Assembly: GCA_016839605.1 (NCBI GenBank)
Contig: JAEOTX010000039.1
Span: 32,001 to 96,000 of the forward strand
Direction of reading: 5' to 3'
Origin: Candidatus Thorarchaeota archaeon
GTDB lineage: Archaea; Asgardarchaeota; Thorarchaeia; Thorarchaeales; Thorarchaeaceae
Length of the DNA stretch: 64,000 nucleotides
Position 1 is the stretch's first letter. Every line of letters starts with the position of its first letter. Below are positions 17,443 through 26,625 of the stretch, one piece after another. The notes beneath the pieces were generated by a model that was given only the letters and a program-made list of their open reading frames with translations, did no database searches and was not told where the DNA came from. The translations under genes and the position numbers were made by a program.

Positions 17443-20112
17443 CTAATCAGGGATGTAGGCTTCGGCCTCTTGGAGATCCTCAGACCTGATTCGTGTTCTT
17501 GTCTTGCTCCCACTCAAGAATTCGCCAAGAACGGAGATTTCACGTAATAGCTCCTTCCATAAGAATGCCCTGCCGCCTCCTGTACGAGCCACCAAAAAGG
17601 CTCCGAACGTCTTCCTAAACTCCGGAACAGCGAGAATCGTTTCAACGGGATTATTGTACCCCTCCTTCCTCATTCGAAGATTAGCAGCTAGCTCCAAGGC
17701 ATCATGGTATGGGCGTTGCAGGAACTTTGACCAATTTGCATGTTCAGGATTTACGTCTACAGCTGCAATTCGAACCTTTGCCTTTCGAATAAGACGAGAT
17801 GCCCTAACAAGATCTCTGATTGGAGTGTATCTTGCATGACCAGGACCCACGGATTGGGCCAGAGGAATGTTAGGTGCAAAGTCAGAGATTAGTACAATCA
17901 GAGGCTCAATGTCCCGATTCCTCATTCTTTCTCTCCGCACAGTTTCTAATGCTTTCATCAATGCTTCTGCAAGTGGAGTCAGGCCAGATACACGGAGTTT
18001 GCCTAATGCTCTGTAGATCTTGTTCCAGTTGCTTGTAGGAGCTTGAACCTCGATGGCCCCGCTATCCTTGAATGCTATAATACCTGTTCTATCCTTTGAG
18101 CCTCTAGTCTCACGCTCAATAGCTTCAAGAATGTCGCGCACTTCTTTCATTGATCCTTTCATTGACATACTCACATCAATAACTAGCAGCACTGTCAGAG
18201 GTGTACGACCAGTAAACACAGACTCACGGACATCTTCCTTTGAGATTTCAATCCTCTGAGAGGGCCGAAGCCTCCCGAGTCGTGAGACCGCTGCCGCAAT
18301 TGTAGCAGGAATGTTGATGCTCCTTGTTTCACCTTGAGGTTTCCGTGACCTGACAGGGCGCCCATATTGACTAGAGTCTGACGTCTTCAGAGACCCCATT
18401 GAGCGAGATGTGACGCGCTTCTGAATCCATCCGCCTGAGGATACAACGGACTTTCTCATAATCTTGGTCTGGAGTTCCTCCATGTCGAATAGCTCTTCAC
18501 CAGTGTCTAGATCAGGAAGCTTGACAAAAAACCCTGAATCTAAACCAATTGGCTCTCTGACTTCGGACTTTGAACCAATGATCCTTGTTTCTTTCTTTGC
18601 ACTGTACGGTCTCGTAGCAACTCCCCATTCATCTCCAGCTTCTGGAATGCCTTTTCCAGGCTCGACTGTGTCAATGCCTGCTGTAGGCCCGCTTCCTCGT
18701 TTCGTCATAATACTGAGCCACTTTCTGACCAAGAGGTATATGAGAGGTGCGAAAATAATGGTGTCAACAATTAGTGCAGGTACGGATGGAAACTCACCAG
18801 GGAAAAGCCCGAAGAGAATATTGATCGGAGTCCAGTAAATCCACGCAATGTATGCAAAAGCAACAACCATCATTATAGCACAGATGGTCCCCTTGATTGG
18901 GTCGCCCAGAGGATTTCTTACTCCTTCAGCTTTTTTTTTTTGACCTTCCTGCTTTCCGCCAGTTGCGAATTTTCCACCACGGCCGAACCGACCACCACTC
19001 ATGCGCTTGCCAGACTCATCTTTTTCAGAAGGTGGCACCTCGGTTGGAGACGCACGTTTGTCACTCTTCTTGGTAATCTGTGCAGCTTTTGTGATTGCCA
19101 TGTCTATGTCGTTGGTTGATGGTGGTTCCAGAAGACCGCCTCTGCGAGTTCTATGACTCAAGGTAAGCTGCGCAGCAAGCTTCATGTCATCCAATGTGAC
19201 TTCAGTACGACCTTCGTAAGCTGCGTTTGCTATAGCGGCCTTGCTGATTATAATATCCGGTCTGACACCATCCACCTCAAGTGCGTCAGTAGCCATGGCG
19301 ATTGCACGAAGACTGTGATCCGGTAGGTGCACTTCATGAAGGATGGATTTAGCGTGGACAATCTTCTCTCTAAGCTCAGTCTGTTGTTGCGACCAGTCTT
19401 CCTCGAACTGCTCAGGGTCATCCTCAAACGCCAAGTTCCTTCTTACAAGCTGCATTCGCTCTTCCACAGTATGTTCAGCACCCACTGCAACATGCAATGG
19501 AAAGCGGTCCAACAGCTGAGGTCTAAGTTCACCTTCTTCAGGATTCATCGTACCTATTAGAACGAAATCCGAAGGATGAGCAATTGAGATTCCTTCTCGT
19601 TCTATTACATTGATTTTTGTGGCTGCTGCATCAAGCAGGTCATCGACCAAATGATCTGGGAGAAGGTTGACCTCATCAACATAGAGCACATTCTGATGGG
19701 ACTCCGCGAGAATACCAGGTCTCAGTGCCTGAATACCTTCCTGAAGGACACGTTCGATGTCAAGTGCTCCAATCAGTCGGTCTTCAGTTGTGGAGAGGGG
19801 GAGATTTACTACGCGCATCTTTCGTGTGACGCTCTTCAGAGTCTTCTTTTGGGCTAGGAGATCCAAGCAATCTTGGCACAGGAACTCCTCTCGATGAGGA
19901 TTGCATCCAAATCGACACGCTTCTACCACATCAACTTCAGGCAAGAGGTCAGCGAGTGCTCTTACAACAGTAGTCTTTCCAGTCCCCTTGGCTCCTGATA
20001 TTAGGACTCCGCCGATCCGTGGATTGACACCATTCAGAATCAGAGCTAGCTTTAGCTTTGTGAGTCCGACAATAGATGTGAATGGTAACACGGATCTTTT
20101 CAGTTCACCCAA
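17443..20112 (-). CDS. chlD: ChlD/BchD-like chelatase subunit: ChlI-type AAA+ domain, A11 run, transmembrane hairpin, vWA domain
   Basis: GAKGTGKT Walker A, LYVDE Walker B, NPEEGELRPQLLDRF; vWA DVSMSM, GLTPL, ISD; two hydrophobic helices at about aa 409-462. Confidence 0.85.
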   Translation of the reverse strand: MGELKRSVLPFTSIVGLTKLKLALILNGVNPRIGGVLISGAKGTGKTTVVRALADLLPEVDVVEACRFGCNPHREEFLCQDCLDLLAQKKTLKSVTRKMRVVNLPLSTTEDRLIGALDIERVLQEGIQALRPGILAESHQNVLYVDEVNLLPDHLVDDLLDAAATKINVIEREGISIAHPSDFVLIGTMNPEEGELRPQLLDRFPLHVAVGAEHTVEERMQLVRRNLAFEDDPEQFEEDWSQQQTELREKIVHAKSILHEVHLPDHSLRAIAMATDALEVDGVRPDIIISKAAIANAAYEGRTEVTLDDMKLAAQLTLSHRTRRGGLLEPPSTNDIDMAITKAAQITKKSDKRASPTEVPPSEKDESGKRMSGGRFGRGGKFATGGKQEGQKKKAEGVRNPLGDPIKGTICAIMMVVAFAYIAWIYWTPINILFGLFPGEFPSVPALIVDTIIFAPLIYLLVRKWLSIMTKRGSGPTAGIDTVEPGKGIPEAGDEWGVATRPYSAKKETRIIGSKSEVREPIGLDSGFFVKLPDLDTGEELFDMEELQTKIMRKSVVSSGGWIQKRVTSRSMGSLKTSDSSQYGRPVRSRKPQGETRSINIPATIAAAVSRLGRLRPSQRIEISKEDVRESVFTGRTPLTVLLVIDVSMSMKGSMKEVRDILEAIERETRGSKDRTGIIAFKDSGAIEVQAPTSNWNKIYRALGKLRVSGLTPLAEALMKALETVRRERMRNRDIEPLIVLISDFAPNIPLAQSVGPGHARYTPIRDLVRASRLIRKAKVRIAAVDVNPEHANWSKFLQRPYHDALELAANLRMRKEGYNNPVETILAVPEFRKTFGAFLVARTGGGRAFLWKELLREISVLGEFLSGSKTRTRIRSEDLQEAEAYIPD
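18931..18941 (-). repeat. A11 homopolymer, candidate programmed slippage/frameshift site
   Basis: 11 T on + strand; minus-strand CAA AAA AAA AAA GCT GAA GGA GTA A gives TGA and TAA within a few codons in the two shifted frames. Confidence 0.75.
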
Positions 20113-20186
20113 GTTTACTACAGCCCATGCAGAAAAAGTAACACACTCAAATAAGGGTGCGCGTCTATGTAAGTGTGGGATTGTTT

Positions 20187-21383
20187 ATGATTTCTCACCT
20201 TCTCCATCTCGAATGTCCTCAATGTAGTAGAAGTCATTCAGCTGAAACTCATGCCACTTTCTGTGTATGTGGGTCACCACTCTTTGCCGTGTACGATCTA
20301 TTCAGTGTAATCGAGGACATTCAGAGGGAGCAATTTCCCACAGAAGTTAATTCCATGTGGAGATACTCACAACTTCTTCCAGTGAAGTCACCATCTTTCA
20401 TTTACAGCCTAGGAGAAGGATGGACTCCACTAACCAGCACTAGACGCCTTGGGAAGCATCTTGGCCTGAGATTCCTCAGTATCAAGGATGAGGCCCAAAA
20501 TCCAACTGGCTCTTTCAAAGACAGGGGTTTGTGTGTTGCTATATCCAAGCACCTAGAGCTGGGATCCACATCATTCGCGTTGCCCTCGGCAGGTAATGCA
20601 GCAGTTTCAACGAGTGCCTATAGTGCCGCTGGAGGAGCCGAATGTCATATCTTTATGCCATCAGATACACCTGAGCCGTTCTTCCACGATTGCATTATCT
20701 ACGGTGCTGAAACTGCTCGAGTGAATGGCAACATATCTGATTGTGGCAAAGCCATGAGAAAAGCAGAAGGTGAATGGACTGACCTGTCAACAACAAAAGA
20801 ACCCTATAGAGTTGAGGGGAAAAAAACTCTAGCTTTTGAGATTGCTGAGCAGATGGGATGGAAAGTTCCCGATGCAATAATCTGCCCCACAGGAGGAGGC
20901 ACTGCTCTAATCGGAATCTGGAAAGGCCTTGATGAGCTAGAAGCACTAGGTCTAATTGAAAGCAAAAGGCCGAGAATGTATGCAGCTCAAAGCGCGGGTT
21001 GCGCACCCATTGTGAGGGCAATCGAACAGAGAAGCGAAGAAATACAGCCCTGGCAGATTAGTGAAACAGAAGCCTTAGGATTGAGGGTTCCTAGTCCATT
21101 TGCTGGAAGACTGATTCTCGCCGCGATTCGACAATCAGGGGGTGGAGCTGTAGCTGTGGCTGAACAGGAAATTGAGCCCTGCCACAGAATGGCGGCACGT
21201 ATGGAGGGGATGGACTTCTGTCCAGAAGCTGCTGTTGGACTCGCAGGCATCCGGAATCTTGTGGAGATGGGAGAGATTGATTTTGACGAAGAGATAGTGC
21301 TCTTGAACACGGGTTCGGGAGCAAGATACTACTATGGAAATCAGAATCAGACAAAGCCAGAATCTTCTGAAAAAGAGCCATAG
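20187..21383 (+). CDS. thrC: threonine synthase
   Basis: N-terminal CPQC..CVC, SMWRY, LGEGWTPL, NPTGSFKDRG, SAGNA, EGKKT, PTGGG, NTGSG; ATG at 20187 chosen. Confidence 0.92.
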   Translation: MISHLLHLECPQCSRSHSAETHATFCVCGSPLFAVYDLFSVIEDIQREQFPTEVNSMWRYSQLLPVKSPSFIYSLGEGWTPLTSTRRLGKHLGLRFLSIKDEAQNPTGSFKDRGLCVAISKHLELGSTSFALPSAGNAAVSTSAYSAAGGAECHIFMPSDTPEPFFHDCIIYGAETARVNGNISDCGKAMRKAEGEWTDLSTTKEPYRVEGKKTLAFEIAEQMGWKVPDAIICPTGGGTALIGIWKGLDELEALGLIESKRPRMYAAQSAGCAPIVRAIEQRSEEIQPWQISETEALGLRVPSPFAGRLILAAIRQSGGGAVAVAEQEIEPCHRMAARMEGMDFCPEAAVGLAGIRNLVEMGEIDFDEEIVLLNTGSGARYYYGNQNQTKPESSEKEP

Positions 21384-21450
21384 CGTTAATAGGATGGTAT
21401 TAGTGGAAATAATCTAAGGCTGCAATAGGATTGAGCCTTGAGCAACAGCT

Positions 21451-22635
21451 GTGCGCTCCGGAGGAAACCAGTTGACTAGTTCAACCGCCCCTGATACAAA
21501 TGACGAAACTCATTTTCGTAATGTTAGAGAATCGTTGGGTATTGGAAAACTGGAAGCTGGGATTGCAATTCTGATTGTCTTTGCATTCTTCTGGTCCGAA
21601 TTCACACATTTCGATCCACTAGTTATAATACTTCTAGGAATCATAGGTGGAATTTGGCTTGCCTTCAGGCCCTCGGAGTGGGCTGTAGAAGGCATTGAAA
21701 GCGTTTCGGGGCACATGGGATATACAACCTACATTGCTGGACTGCTATCAAGTCTGGCCAGCAACATGCCAGAAGCAGTAATCAGCGGCTTGACGGCTTT
21801 CAATGGTTTCACGCAGAATCGACCAGAGCTTCTGACAATCGCCATACTCTCAGTCCTAATAGCAGGCGGTTTCAACATGCTCTTGCTTGGGATCACTATA
21901 GTAATCGCAACTCGCAAGAAAGACGACTTGCCAGTACCCGAGGAAGCTATCAAGAAGGACTCGGTCCTCATTCGTTGGACTATTGTAGCCCTTGCCAGTA
22001 TGTTTGCACTTGGAATTGTTGATGTGACGTTCTCTGGAGGAACTGGCAATCCGCTCTTTCCATGGGAGGCGTCTCTCATCCTGTTCCTTTCGTATATCCT
22101 CTATTCTATTGACCTCATGAGAGGAGAAGAAGTAGAAAATGCAGAGCGCTCACATCCGCACCATTCAAAGCGATCTGCATCAATCCTCTGTGCAGCAGGT
22201 TTCCTGGGAATTTTCCTTGCAGGTGATCTTCTCACTACTTCGGTTGATATTTTGCTAACAACATATGATACGCAAATTAGCAGTGTGGCCAATCCCATCA
22301 CAATAGCTGCATTGATTCTTGGTGCTGCAGGTGCATTGCCCGAACATGGAATTGCAATTGTTGCTGCTTTGAAAGGAAAAGTTGGCATTGCTGTAGGGAA
22401 TCTTGTTGGAGGGATTCTTCAGATTCTGCTTCTTGTTATGGGTGGAATTGGGATTTTCGTACCGATACCTATGAACCGCTATGTACTGTTCCAGATAGTG
22501 GTTATTGCAGGCAGCCTATGGTTCCTCGCGCGTGCCATATCTGATGATCATAAACTGGACACGTTCGAGGGTATGATGATAATATTGTTACAAGCCTATG
22601 TGTTTGCGCTCCTTATCTGGGGCACGCCTATATGA
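21451..22635 (+). CDS. Ca2+/cation antiporter (CaCA, sodium/calcium exchanger family)
   Basis: Two alpha-repeats SNMPEA and GALPEH, GNLVG; about 11 TM segments; start may be the TTG at 21472. Confidence 0.85.
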   Translation: MRSGGNQLTSSTAPDTNDETHFRNVRESLGIGKLEAGIAILIVFAFFWSEFTHFDPLVIILLGIIGGIWLAFRPSEWAVEGIESVSGHMGYTTYIAGLLSSLASNMPEAVISGLTAFNGFTQNRPELLTIAILSVLIAGGFNMLLLGITIVIATRKKDDLPVPEEAIKKDSVLIRWTIVALASMFALGIVDVTFSGGTGNPLFPWEASLILFLSYILYSIDLMRGEEVENAERSHPHHSKRSASILCAAGFLGIFLAGDLLTTSVDILLTTYDTQISSVANPITIAALILGAAGALPEHGIAIVAALKGKVGIAVGNLVGGILQILLLVMGGIGIFVPIPMNRYVLFQIVVIAGSLWFLARAISDDHKLDTFEGMMIILLQAYVFALLIWGTPI

Positions 22636-23260
22636 CGTGCGGGAGAATTGACCGCAGGTCGTTCTCCTTGATTGTCAGCATCGCGGAATCAGCAACTTCT
22701 TCATCCTCGGGTCTGAACGCAATCGAGAGACCCACCACTCCAAAAGCCGAGATATCATTTCTGCCGTCGCCCACAAATGCCGTTTCAGACAGTGGGACCT
22801 TGAAATGATTACAGATGTGTTTCAGTTCTTGCACTTTCTCGCCCCATCCAACACGGACCTCAACTTCTCCGGTCAGCAGCCCATTCTTGTGAATCAAGCG
22901 ATTAGTAAGAACGTATTCAATTCCAAGACGTCTGGCGATGTTCTCTGCTAGAACATCCAAACCTCCTGAGAGGATTGCCACATTGATCCCGTGCTCCCTA
23001 AGACTGGTCACTGTTTCAGCCGCTCCTGGCACCAACTCAGTCGCTTCGACTAGCTTGACAACTTCATCAAGGGGTTGACCCTTCCAAAGACCGGCATCAA
23101 AGTCAGCCCAATCGTTGTATGAAATCTGACCTGAGAAGTACTGGTCAAAGAAATTCTTTCCTTCCTTCTCCGTATTGAAATGCTCATGTAGCCTCCACCA
23201 AATGGATGAATGGCTAGTCAATGTTCCATCGACATCGAAGACAACAAGTTTGACAACCAT
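22628..23260 (-). CDS. serB: HAD-IB phosphatase, phosphoserine phosphatase-like
   Basis: FDVDGTL, LSGG, K, VGDGRND. Confidence 0.8.
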   Translation of the reverse strand: MVVKLVVFDVDGTLTSHSSIWWRLHEHFNTEKEGKNFFDQYFSGQISYNDWADFDAGLWKGQPLDEVVKLVEATELVPGAAETVTSLREHGINVAILSGGLDVLAENIARRLGIEYVLTNRLIHKNGLLTGEVEVRVGWGEKVQELKHICNHFKVPLSETAFVGDGRNDISAFGVVGLSIAFRPEDEEVADSAMLTIKENDLRSILPHVI

Positions 23261-23294
23261 CTATAGATATCTCCGGTGAAAAGAATGAATTAGC

Positions 23295-23963
23295 TTAGCT
23301 TTGTGCCTCACGCTCTCGTTCTTCCTGAGCTTCCTTCTCAAGGTCAGCAAGAAGCTCATCAATGCGCTTCTCTTCGGTCTTGACTTGCTCCACGGGTTTT
23401 TTGCCAATAGGAGTCTCCAATGATGGAAGAACTCCCTCCTTTTCTAGAAGGACTTCAGCCTCCATGGACTCCAACTGTCGCTCAATCCGCTCATCTGATT
23501 CTACAGTCGAGTCACCTGTGGAGAGATCTTCAGAAAGAAGCTCCCCTGCAATGGTGATATGTTCAAAGGACTCAGAGAGCTTGTCTAGTTGCATTTGTAT
23601 CTCAGCCGGTCTAAGCATAGCACGAGCATCTGTAAGTGCATCATTAGCGATTGTAAATGCCCTCAGGACTTCAGCCTGGTCCTTTGCTTCCTCTATGTTC
23701 AGTAAGGCGGTCTCAAGAGTCAGGTATTGCTGCTGATATCGACCGCGTCTGCTCTCCAATTCAACAACGATTGAGAGATGCGAGCGTGCCACGTCGCGAT
23801 CCCCTTGCGACATGGCCTCCTTGGCTTTCTTCTGCTCCTCCGATCTTCGAGTATCCAATCTTCGAATTCGTAGAGTCAGAGCATTCATAGTACCCTTGAT
23901 CTCAAGCATGCCCCGTTCGGCATCAACCTTTTTCTTTCCGCTCAGGAAGCCCATAACGTCCAC
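23295..23963 (-). CDS. Snf7-family ESCRT-III protein (Vps20/32/60-like)
   Basis: MGFLSGKKK N-terminus, helical hairpin AKEAMSQGDRDVARSHL, LETALLNIEEA..QAEVLRAF...NDAL, acidic tail with LPS..TP; start may be the ATG at 23954. Confidence 0.85.
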   Translation of the reverse strand: MDVMGFLSGKKKVDAERGMLEIKGTMNALTLRIRRLDTRRSEEQKKAKEAMSQGDRDVARSHLSIVVELESRRGRYQQQYLTLETALLNIEEAKDQAEVLRAFTIANDALTDARAMLRPAEIQMQLDKLSESFEHITIAGELLSEDLSTGDSTVESDERIERQLESMEAEVLLEKEGVLPSLETPIGKKPVEQVKTEEKRIDELLADLEKEAQEEREREAQS

Positions 23964-24109
23964 CGAGGATAGACCTTGTTCTGTTGTGATGTCATCACTT
24001 TGCCCATTTAAACGATTTGAATACAGTTTGAAGCTTATGTGATGAGATACCGCAGGAGGACCATAGGGTTTTAGAGCTGTTCACCGGAGATGAAGATGAG
24101 GCCCGGATC

Positions 24110-24919
24110 ATGTCATTGACAAAAGACCTAACCAAAGCTGTGGATTGTGCAAGAACAGCCATTTTGAATAATCTCGCAGAAGCTGCGGAGCTGACTGGTG
24201 AAACCAATCAGTATGGAGATAAGACGCTCCTTCTTGACAAAAAAGCCGAAGATGCAATCATCGAAATAATACTCCAACTAGACACACCTATGATTATTCT
24301 AAGTGAAGAAAGCGGCCTCATTGTACCTGAGAGTAGACCTGAATACGTTGCAGTTATAGATCCAATAGACGGCTCAGCCAACCTTGAGAGAGGGATTCCA
24401 CTTTGTTCGACTGGCATATCTGCGGTCAGGCACTCGGAGATTATGACAACTGATGATGCGGAAATCAGCATAATTGAATCCGTTTTTTCGGAAGAGACCT
24501 TCATCGCTGAGAAGGGACAAGGAGTCCGAAGAAATGGAAAGACCATCAGAGTCGCAGATCCAATACCTTTGGAGAAATCCATAATCTCCTATGACACTAA
24601 GAAATCTGGAGATGATGCGTTTCTGACGAGCTCCATGAGGGTGTTAGAGGGAGTCCATGACATTCGCCGATCTGCGAGCAATCTGTTGGACCTGTGTTGG
24701 GTAGCCTCTGGTGCACTAAATGCGATGGTAGATTTGAGGGGGATGCTCCCAATCGTCCATGTATCAGGAACACACATGGTTTTCGAGGCGGGAGGTTATG
24801 TGATAGGGAAAGATGGAATGAGGCTAAATCTGCCCATTGTTGCAGAACAGATGATGAGCTTTGTAGCTGCATCAGATGAAACTACAGCTAATAGGATACT
24901 GGCGCTCTTTAGGGGCTAA
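24110..24919 (+). CDS. inositol monophosphatase / FBPase family protein
   Basis: LSEE, IDPIDGSAN, DLCWVASG motifs. Confidence 0.88.
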   Translation: MSLTKDLTKAVDCARTAILNNLAEAAELTGETNQYGDKTLLLDKKAEDAIIEIILQLDTPMIILSEESGLIVPESRPEYVAVIDPIDGSANLERGIPLCSTGISAVRHSEIMTTDDAEISIIESVFSEETFIAEKGQGVRRNGKTIRVADPIPLEKSIISYDTKKSGDDAFLTSSMRVLEGVHDIRRSASNLLDLCWVASGALNAMVDLRGMLPIVHVSGTHMVFEAGGYVIGKDGMRLNLPIVAEQMMSFVAASDETTANRILALFRG

Positions 24920-24981
24920 TAAGGGGAGTGTCATTGTAACGGAGGAATCGCTAAGCAACTGGGTCTGAAGATAGGGCTCAG

Positions 24982-25419
24982 CTAATCAGACTCATCCTCC
25001 GAAGTATCAGCGACGACTTCATCTTCGGGTTCTTCAGTCTCTTCGTCTTCCTCTGTTTCTTCCTCGCCGGCTTCCTCCTCATCCTCCTGTTCTGCTACTT
25101 CTTCCTCTTCCTCTTCTTCCTCCTCATCAGAAACGGCAGAAGGAACAAGTCTGTAGACATAGAAATAGCCAATGAAGACGCTCACTAAGGAGAGTAGAAG
25201 TGTTATCCAGAAAGCACCACCTGTGCCAAACCATGTCACAGGATTGATTACGAGTTCACTTCTTGCTGCTCCGAAGACAACAGTCTGGAACCATATTGGA
25301 ACTCCAAAAGCAAAAGGTATGCAAATCACAACCAGTAGGATAATCGACATGATAATCTCAGCTGTGTAAATCAGGATTTTTCGTAGTGTGCTATCTACCG
25401 CTTTCTTTGCAGCCGACAT
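24982..25419 (-). CDS. small membrane protein with acidic C-terminal tail
   Basis: Two hydrophobic helices then a Glu/Asp-rich tail. Confidence 0.75.
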   Translation of the reverse strand: MSAAKKAVDSTLRKILIYTAEIIMSIILLVVICIPFAFGVPIWFQTVVFGAARSELVINPVTWFGTGGAFWITLLLSLVSVFIGYFYVYRLVPSAVSDEEEEEEEEEVAEQEDEEEAGEEETEEDEETEEPEDEVVADTSEDESD

Positions 25420-25479
25420 TTCGTTCGCCTTGGATTGCCGACTTGGGCTTGCCTTTAAAACCTGCCGTCAATGGGATTG

Positions 25480-25577
25480 CCTGGAGAAGAAAGGGATTCG
25501 TACAGGGAGTCCGAGAAAGAGTTGTGATTGAGAGGAGGGAGAGGGAGGAGAGGAGATTTGTTCGGACTCCCTGTTCA
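25480..25577 (-). ncRNA. candidate small RNA 1: 13-bp stem with CU-rich loop and U-rich tail
   Basis: Perfect IR ACAGGGAGTCCGA 25502-25514 / TCGGACTCCCTGT 25562-25574; minus-strand TTTATATA at 25607-25600. Confidence 0.5.
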
Positions 25578-25599
25578 ATATTAAGTAGGGTAAGATTAC

Positions 25600-25609
25600 T
25601 ATATAAAAG
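25600..25609 (-). promoter_or_regulatory. TATA box for candidate sRNA 1
   Basis: CTTTTATATA on minus strand, ending about 25 nt before the hairpin's 5' arm. Confidence 0.5.
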
Positions 25610-25699
25610 TATATCATATATCATATTAGCATCTATGAGGGGACTGCAGCCTCTCAGGTAATCTAGATGATCATGTTTCTTGCCAGCAGCTTTAGTCCT

Positions 25700-25790
25700 G
25701 AGAGAATAAGAAGAAGGGAAAAGCGGGGCCGGAGAACGCTTGAAGGAGGAGAGAGAGAGAGATATGAGAGAGAACGGCCCCTAGCCCTTC
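25700..25790 (-). ncRNA. candidate small RNA 2: interrupted stem with CU-rich loop and U-rich tail
   Basis: GAAGGG 25713-18 / CCCTTC 25785-90 and GGGGCCG 25725-31 / CGGCCCC 25775-81; minus-strand TTAAATAT at 25820-25813. Confidence 0.5.
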
Positions 25791-25811
25791 ACCATTTACT
25801 AGCCATTAATA

Positions 25812-25821
25812 CATATTTAAG
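25812..25821 (-). promoter_or_regulatory. TATA box for candidate sRNA 2
   Basis: CTTAAATATG on minus strand, about 23 nt before the stem start at 25790. Confidence 0.45.
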
Positions 25822-25908
25822 CAAATCTTGTTTGAGGATAAATTTACCAGATATTTGGCGCTGTATAGCGAAGGAATTCATAATGCAGAATCGATATGCG
25901 TATGCAAT

Positions 25909-26583
25909 TTATGCAAGTCTTGATTTGACTACGTCTAGTATTTGTAGTAAAGAGTCGAAGACTTGAGAAGCACCCGCTTTGATCAAGTCATCCCTGGTGG
26001 TTTCTCCGGTGGTCACTCCCCAAAACTCAATCCCAGCTCTAGTTGCGGCTGCTCCATCGATTCTTGCATCACCGATGTACACGACCTCATTGGGTTGCAC
26101 GCCTATATGAGCCACCAGTTGCCTGAGGCCATCGGGATAAGGTTTGGGACTAGGAGACTCATTTCGAGTCTGGATCACATCGAATAATTCCTCCAATGGA
26201 AGCTGCTCGAGTATGACATCAACAGCAGTTCTACCATTGTTTGTGAGAATTGCAGTCTTCAGGCCAAGAATCTTCAGCTCTCGCACAACATCCATCGAAC
26301 CATCGATAAGCTCTGCATCAGTGGCAGCCCATCCTTCGTGTCCACTGAGCGTTTTGTCGACATCGTGTTCCATTCGCTTCCATTCACTAGATGAAATCCC
26401 TTTAGAGTGGAAGTATTCCCTAGCCTTCACTCTGGTGCTCGAGATACCATCAGCTGAATCGAAGAGGTCAGCAGGTGCACCTTGACTCTTAAAATATTCC
26501 TTCGTGTCTCGTCTCATGGCATCTAGAGGGAGAGCCAGAACAGTGAGGGTACCATCAAGATCAAAGAGGACCGCCTTCAACAT
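25909..26583 (-). CDS. HAD-IA hydrolase (phosphoglycolate phosphatase-like)
   Basis: FDLDGTL, LTNN, KPYP, IGDARID. Confidence 0.9.
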   Translation of the reverse strand: MLKAVLFDLDGTLTVLALPLDAMRRDTKEYFKSQGAPADLFDSADGISSTRVKAREYFHSKGISSSEWKRMEHDVDKTLSGHEGWAATDAELIDGSMDVVRELKILGLKTAILTNNGRTAVDVILEQLPLEELFDVIQTRNESPSPKPYPDGLRQLVAHIGVQPNEVVYIGDARIDGAAATRAGIEFWGVTTGETTRDDLIKAGASQVFDSLLQILDVVKSRLA

Positions 26584-26625
26584 TCTCGACCGCCAGTTTT
26601 CACGCTCCGTGTCAGCCTCTTAAGG

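Noticed and set aside
25575-25640. AT-rich stretch as a replication origin
   Set aside because: No recognisable ORB repeats and no cdc6/orc1 nearby; better explained as a promoter, though not excluded
25854-25861. TTTGGCGC, a canonical E2F site, upstream of candidate sRNA 2
   Set aside because: TTTSSCGC is expected several times by chance in 64 kb on two strands, so one occurrence is not evidence
25386-25966. ORFs of 77-99 aa across the intergenic region (25386-25661, 25391-25624, 25667-25966)
   Set aside because: Arg/Glu or Leu/Ser composition simply reflects the GA/CT tracts; they overlap real genes and have no motifs
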